From the NCBI GenBank assembly GCA_965226435.1, contig CBDDCY010000008.1:342925-406924 (forward strand): DNA of 64,000 nucleotides. Reading direction: 5' to 3'. The notes under the pieces were generated by a model. That model did not search any database, had not been told where the DNA came from, and saw nothing but the letters and a program-made list of their open reading frames with translations. This document shows positions 60,842-64,000 of the stretch, one piece after another (the stretch's first letter is position 1; the number at the start of each line of letters is the position of its first letter). Source of the DNA: Bryobacterales bacterium. Lineage in GTDB: Bacteria > Acidobacteriota > Terriglobia > Bryobacterales > UBA6623. Made by a program: the position numbers and the translations under genes.

Positions 60842-62454
60842 TGTTGAAGGGCGATGATAATGTCCCCTTGAGAGGGCGATAGAAATGTCCCCTAATCTAA
60901 GGCTCCGAAGGAGGAGCCTAGATTGGAGAGGACATGGATGAACGACAAGGAATTGAGACGGGGCGAGGTACTGGGCCGGGTGAAGCGAGGCGAGTTGAAG
61001 CTGAGCGAGGCGGCGCGGATACTCGATATCAGTTATCGCCAGACCAAGCGGATCTGGAGGCGCTACAGCGCGGGAGGGACAAAAGCATTGAAGCACGGCA
61101 ACGTGGGCCGGGTATCGAACCGCGCCAAGCCGGCGGAAGTTCGCAAGCGAGTGCTGCAACTGGTGCGCGAACACTACTCCGGCGAGCCGCACGAGCGCTT
61201 CGGGCCGACGCTGGCGGCCGAGCATTTGTGGACAGACCACGATCTGAAACTATCGGTGCGAACACTGCGGCTCTGGATGCTCGCCGAGGGCCTGTGGAGC
61301 CGCCGCCGCAAGCGCCGGCCGCATCGCTCGCGGCGGCGGCGTAAAGCGCACTTGGGCGAGCTGATCCAGGTCGACGGTTCGCACCACGAGTGGCTCGAAG
61401 CGCGCGGGCGGAAAGGTTGCCTGATGAACTTCGTCGACGATGCGACCGGTCTGGCGCTGTGCCGTTTCTCGAGCGAGGAAACGACTTGGGCGGCGGCCGA
61501 TCTGCTCGAAGCCTGGGTGCGTCAATACGGCGTTCCGAAGGCGTTGTATTGCGACTGGAAGAACGTCTACAAGCGCCGGCCAACGTCGCGTGAAGCGCTG
61601 GAAGGCATCGAGCCCGAGACGCAGTTCGGACGCATGTGCGCCAAGCTCGGCATTGGTATCATCGCCGCTTCGTCACCGCAAGCGAAGGGCCGCGTGGAGC
61701 GCCATCACGGCACCCATCAAGACCGCCTGATCAAGAAGATGCGGCTCAAAGGCATTGCCGATTACGAGGCGGCGAACCGCTATCTCGACGAGCAGTATCT
61801 GCCAGAGCACAACGCCAAGTTCGCCTCTGAGCCGTCAGCGGGAGCGGACTTTCATCGGCGCTTATCGAAGCGTTTGGACTTGAAGTGGGTGTTTTGCTTG
61901 GAGGGAGAGCGGGTGGTGTCCAACGACCTGGTGGTACGTTTCGAGAACCGTTTTCCGCAGTTGAAACCGCAGCGCAATCAGGCTCTGGGCGCAGGCGCGA
62001 GAGTAACCGTGCAGCAAGCGCGCGAGGGCGAGTTGCGGGTGGTGTTCGAGGGGAGAACGGTGGCGTTCGACGAGATCGCCAAGCCGCTCCCCAAGGTGCG
62101 GCCGGAGCCGAAACCGCGCCTGGCGCCGCAGCCGCGCACACCGCCGGCGAATCACCCTTGGCGCGCGCCGTTGAAGCCGAAAAAACGGGCGGCGACCGCG
62201 TGAAGAGGGCTGTGGAAATGACGGGGCCGTGGAAAACGAGGAAAACCCTCGGCAGCCGACGAGGAGCTTCGAACCTCATCGCTCGGGTTTCCCACGTTTC
62301 CCCCAGCCCCTTGGAAATCGCTGTGCGATTCCCACATTCCCACAAGCCCCTACGACTACTATCCTTTTACTTAAAAGGGGACATTTCTACCGGGCTAACC
62401 AAGGGGACATTTCTATCGCCCTACCGAGGGGGACATTTCTATCGCCTCTTGACA
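60842..62454 (+). mobile_element. IS1202/ISNCY-like insertion sequence, copy 2 (1613 bp)
   Basis: Same element as 8576-10188, inverted. Perfect 16-bp direct repeat GATCGGTCCGCCGAGA at 60826-60841 and 62455-62470. Confidence 0.9.
60923..62203 (+). CDS. ISNCY/IS1202-family DDE transposase
   Basis: 426 aa. Identical to 8827-10107 except R378 (AGA at 62054-62056) versus K378. Confidence 0.88.
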   Translation: MERTWMNDKELRRGEVLGRVKRGELKLSEAARILDISYRQTKRIWRRYSAGGTKALKHGNVGRVSNRAKPAEVRKRVLQLVREHYSGEPHERFGPTLAAEHLWTDHDLKLSVRTLRLWMLAEGLWSRRRKRRPHRSRRRRKAHLGELIQVDGSHHEWLEARGRKGCLMNFVDDATGLALCRFSSEETTWAAADLLEAWVRQYGVPKALYCDWKNVYKRRPTSREALEGIEPETQFGRMCAKLGIGIIAASSPQAKGRVERHHGTHQDRLIKKMRLKGIADYEAANRYLDEQYLPEHNAKFASEPSAGADFHRRLSKRLDLKWVFCLEGERVVSNDLVVRFENRFPQLKPQRNQALGAGARVTVQQAREGELRVVFEGRTVAFDEIAKPLPKVRPEPKPRLAPQPRTPPANHPWRAPLKPKKRAATA

Positions 62455-62790
62455 GATCGGTCCGCCGAGATTGACATCGAAATCGTTGCTGTTGTAGTGA
62501 GGCTTGCGCGCCAATCCCGAGGCGAAGTTCTCGGCCGTGCCGCCCGGCACCGACTTCTGAAAGAAGGGAACGGCGTTCAAGCGCCGGTTACGCCAAACCT
62601 CGCTTGCCATGCCGTGGAAGCGGTTGCCGCCCGACTTGGTCGTCACGATCAAAGTTCCCCCGGCACTTCTGCCGTACTCGGCCTTGGCGGGACCGGTGAC
62701 GAGGCGGAACTCCTCGACGGCATGGGGGATTATATCGAATAGTGACGCACTCTGAAGCAGCGTCGTTTCCGTGGCCGGTCGATCCTGCGC
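62455..62790 (-). pseudogene. TonB-dependent receptor pseudogene, 5'-proximal fragment
   Basis: The frame reads ...FDIIPHAVEEFRLVTGPAKAEYGRSAGGTLIVTTKSGGNRFHG...FDVNLGGPI. After removing the IS and one duplication copy it continues in frame as QPNKTFFFASYLGF... at 60825 downward. The upstream limit near 62745-62790 is approximate, and no N-terminal signal or plug start is present. Confidence 0.75.
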
Positions 62791-62960
62791 AACTTGACCG
62801 GCTGTAACAGTTCCCTTGCCAGAGTCTTCATGCGTTCGTTCACGGTCTTGCCCGGTACGTCGAGAGGCTCTAATTCCTCTTCCAACTCGGATTTGGTCGG
62901 CTGGTAGTCGGATCGAACGATCTCTACTGTTTTGGGTTTTTTGGTCTTTCCATTAATCAT
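62730..62960 (-). CDS. Small hypothetical protein downstream of the MTase-HNH gene
   Basis: 76 aa; the start overlaps the upstream stop (ATGA). MINGKTKKPKTVEIVRSDYQPTKSELEEELEPLDVPGKTVNERMKTLARELLQPVKL... Its C-terminal tail probably runs into the receptor remnant. Confidence 0.45.
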   Translation of the reverse strand: MINGKTKKPKTVEIVRSDYQPTKSELEEELEPLDVPGKTVNERMKTLARELLQPVKLRRIDRPRKRRCFRVRHYSI

Positions 62961-64000
62961 CGAAACTTCCTCTCAAGCTGTTCCAGCACGCGAAACTGAT
63001 CCTCGCGCTTGGCACTACGAACCGTAGCCATGACTCGCGTATATGTCGGCGGTTGCGCGGTGAAGTCCTTTGCACCAGCGTTGCACTCGTGGCAGAGGAC
63101 GCGCAGGTTGGAGTCGGCGGTTGCTCCGCCATGCGTACGGGCTTCGTGATGGTCGATGACAAGCCGAACGGTGCGACCGTCCGACATCTTGTCTTCGACG
63201 CCCGCGCCGCACGCTTGGCACGTATAACCGTTGCGCTGAAGGATGCGGGCACGTTGCGCCTGCGATATGTCATGGAACACGTATGTACCGGGTGCTGGTG
63301 GATCGCCAGTCAAACGGTATTGCCCAGGTTTCAGGTCGGCATCATCGTTATTCGTCTCAATCGGCCAACCCTCATCGCGCCGCAATTCACGAACACGGCG
63401 TGCCCACTCCGTTCGGTCATTACCGATCACCGCCTGCAACTGCGCGGATGTGAGAACCAGCCCCTTATTCGCAAGGAAAAAAGCCTTGAGTATCGACTTT
63501 ATGCTTTCGCGTTTTGGCACGTTTTCGATCTCCCGTTTGAGTTGATCTCCGATCCAGTGCGTGTAGACAGGCGGAATCGCCTCATTGATCTCCTTTTTCG
63601 TCATCCATGGAATGCCCATCGCGTCTCGTGCGGAAGCGACAGAGCAGTTTCCACCGCCGTTGACACTGACATAATCCTTCCATTCGTCTGTCCTGCCGTA
63701 GTGCGCCTTGCGCTTGTCCAACGTATGACAGATCGGATGCGGACGGTGCGGCGGCGTGATGATGCGAAAGTTTGACTCGAACAGACGATGCCGAAGCACG
63801 CGCAGTTCATGGAACATCGTTCCGCAGAGAACAACGTAGTCCCGTAACGGTGCCCCATCAACGTTTTCGATTACATAGGGCTTGCCGGTTGCCTTCAGAA
63901 TGTCCCGTACCGGCTCAATCAGTTGCGGCCATTCATCGGCGTTGCCGTTGCGGGCCGCGAGATCGGAATAGGCTTGGCATGGCGGTGATGCATGAACCGC
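62957..64000 (-). CDS. C5 cytosine DNA methyltransferase fused to a winged-helix-like linker and an HNH endonuclease domain (5' end outside the window)
   Basis: Hand translation of 63818-64000 continues the ORF with no stop: AVHASPPCQAYSDLAARNGNADEWPQLIEPVRDILKATGKPYVIENVDGAPL...LCGTMFHELRVLRHRLFES. This gives motif IV PPCQ, motif VI ENV and motif VIII R.R; a motif X-like NEAIPPVYTHWIG follows. The C-terminal HNH carries a zinc-ribbon pattern (CQAC...DHHEARTHGG...NLRVLCHECN) at about 63071-63232. Confidence 0.8.
   Translation of the reverse strand, partial: AVHASPPCQAYSDLAARNGNADEWPQLIEPVRDILKATGKPYVIENVDGAPLRDYVVLCGTMFHELRVLRHRLFESNFRIITPPHRPHPICHTLDKRKAHYGRTDEWKDYVSVNGGGNCSVASARDAMGIPWMTKKEINEAIPPVYTHWIGDQLKREIENVPKRESIKSILKAFFLANKGLVLTSAQLQAVIGNDRTEWARRVRELRRDEGWPIETNNDDADLKPGQYRLTGDPPAPGTYVFHDISQAQRARILQRNGYTCQACGAGVEDKMSDGRTVRLVIDHHEARTHGGATADSNLRVLCHECNAGAKDFTAQPPTYTRVMATVRSAKREDQFRVLEQLERKFR

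Noticed and set aside
61885-62742. 285-aa ORF (and its 205-aa counterpart at 8528-9145) running through the IS
   Set aside because: It overlaps the transposase-coding sequence in an alternative frame or strand and then reads out of the IS into different flanking DNA in the two copies, so it is not a conserved gene.

Overview
High-GC (about 60-65% by eye) bacterial chromosomal segment. TonB-dependent receptors with long low-complexity N-termini, a CRTAC1/ASPIC protein, several sigma-54 activators, PilM/PilN and GatCAB loosely suggest Acidobacteriota or a similar phylum; this is inference only. Most of the window is ordinary housekeeping or metabolism: MscS-like channel, GGDEF sensor, NtrC-type two-component pair, pilM/pilN-AMIN, pepP-accB-accC, secA, pncA-NUDIX, coxSLMG-like form II molybdo-hydroxylase, acyl-CoA dehydrogenase-meaB, gatC/gatA, two coiled-coil SAM methyltransferases-rlpA, an SDR and a secretin. 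Mobile or decayed content is concentrated in three places. (1) Two nearly identical 1613-bp IS1202/ISNCY-like elements lie in inverted orientation at 8576-10188 and 60842-62454, each with its own roughly 16-bp target duplication; the second splits a TonB-dependent receptor gene. (2) An accessory patch at 50340-55650 holds a diverged noncoding repeat module (a paralog sits at 13890-14340), 24 same-strand CGATCT cores in two blocks, a low-GC Cys-rich ORF, an IS256-family element and a decayed ISL3 element. (3) At the right edge (62730-64000) a lower-GC segment carries a partial ORF fusing a C5 cytosine methyltransferase to a winged-helix-like linker and an HNH nuclease. I found no tRNA, rRNA, CRISPR array or clear multi-gene defence or novel system. 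The best second-look candidates are the MTase-HNH fusion (truncated by the window), the CGATCT array and the paralogous noncoding modules. All calls rest on reading the translations and sequence by eye; no searches were run.
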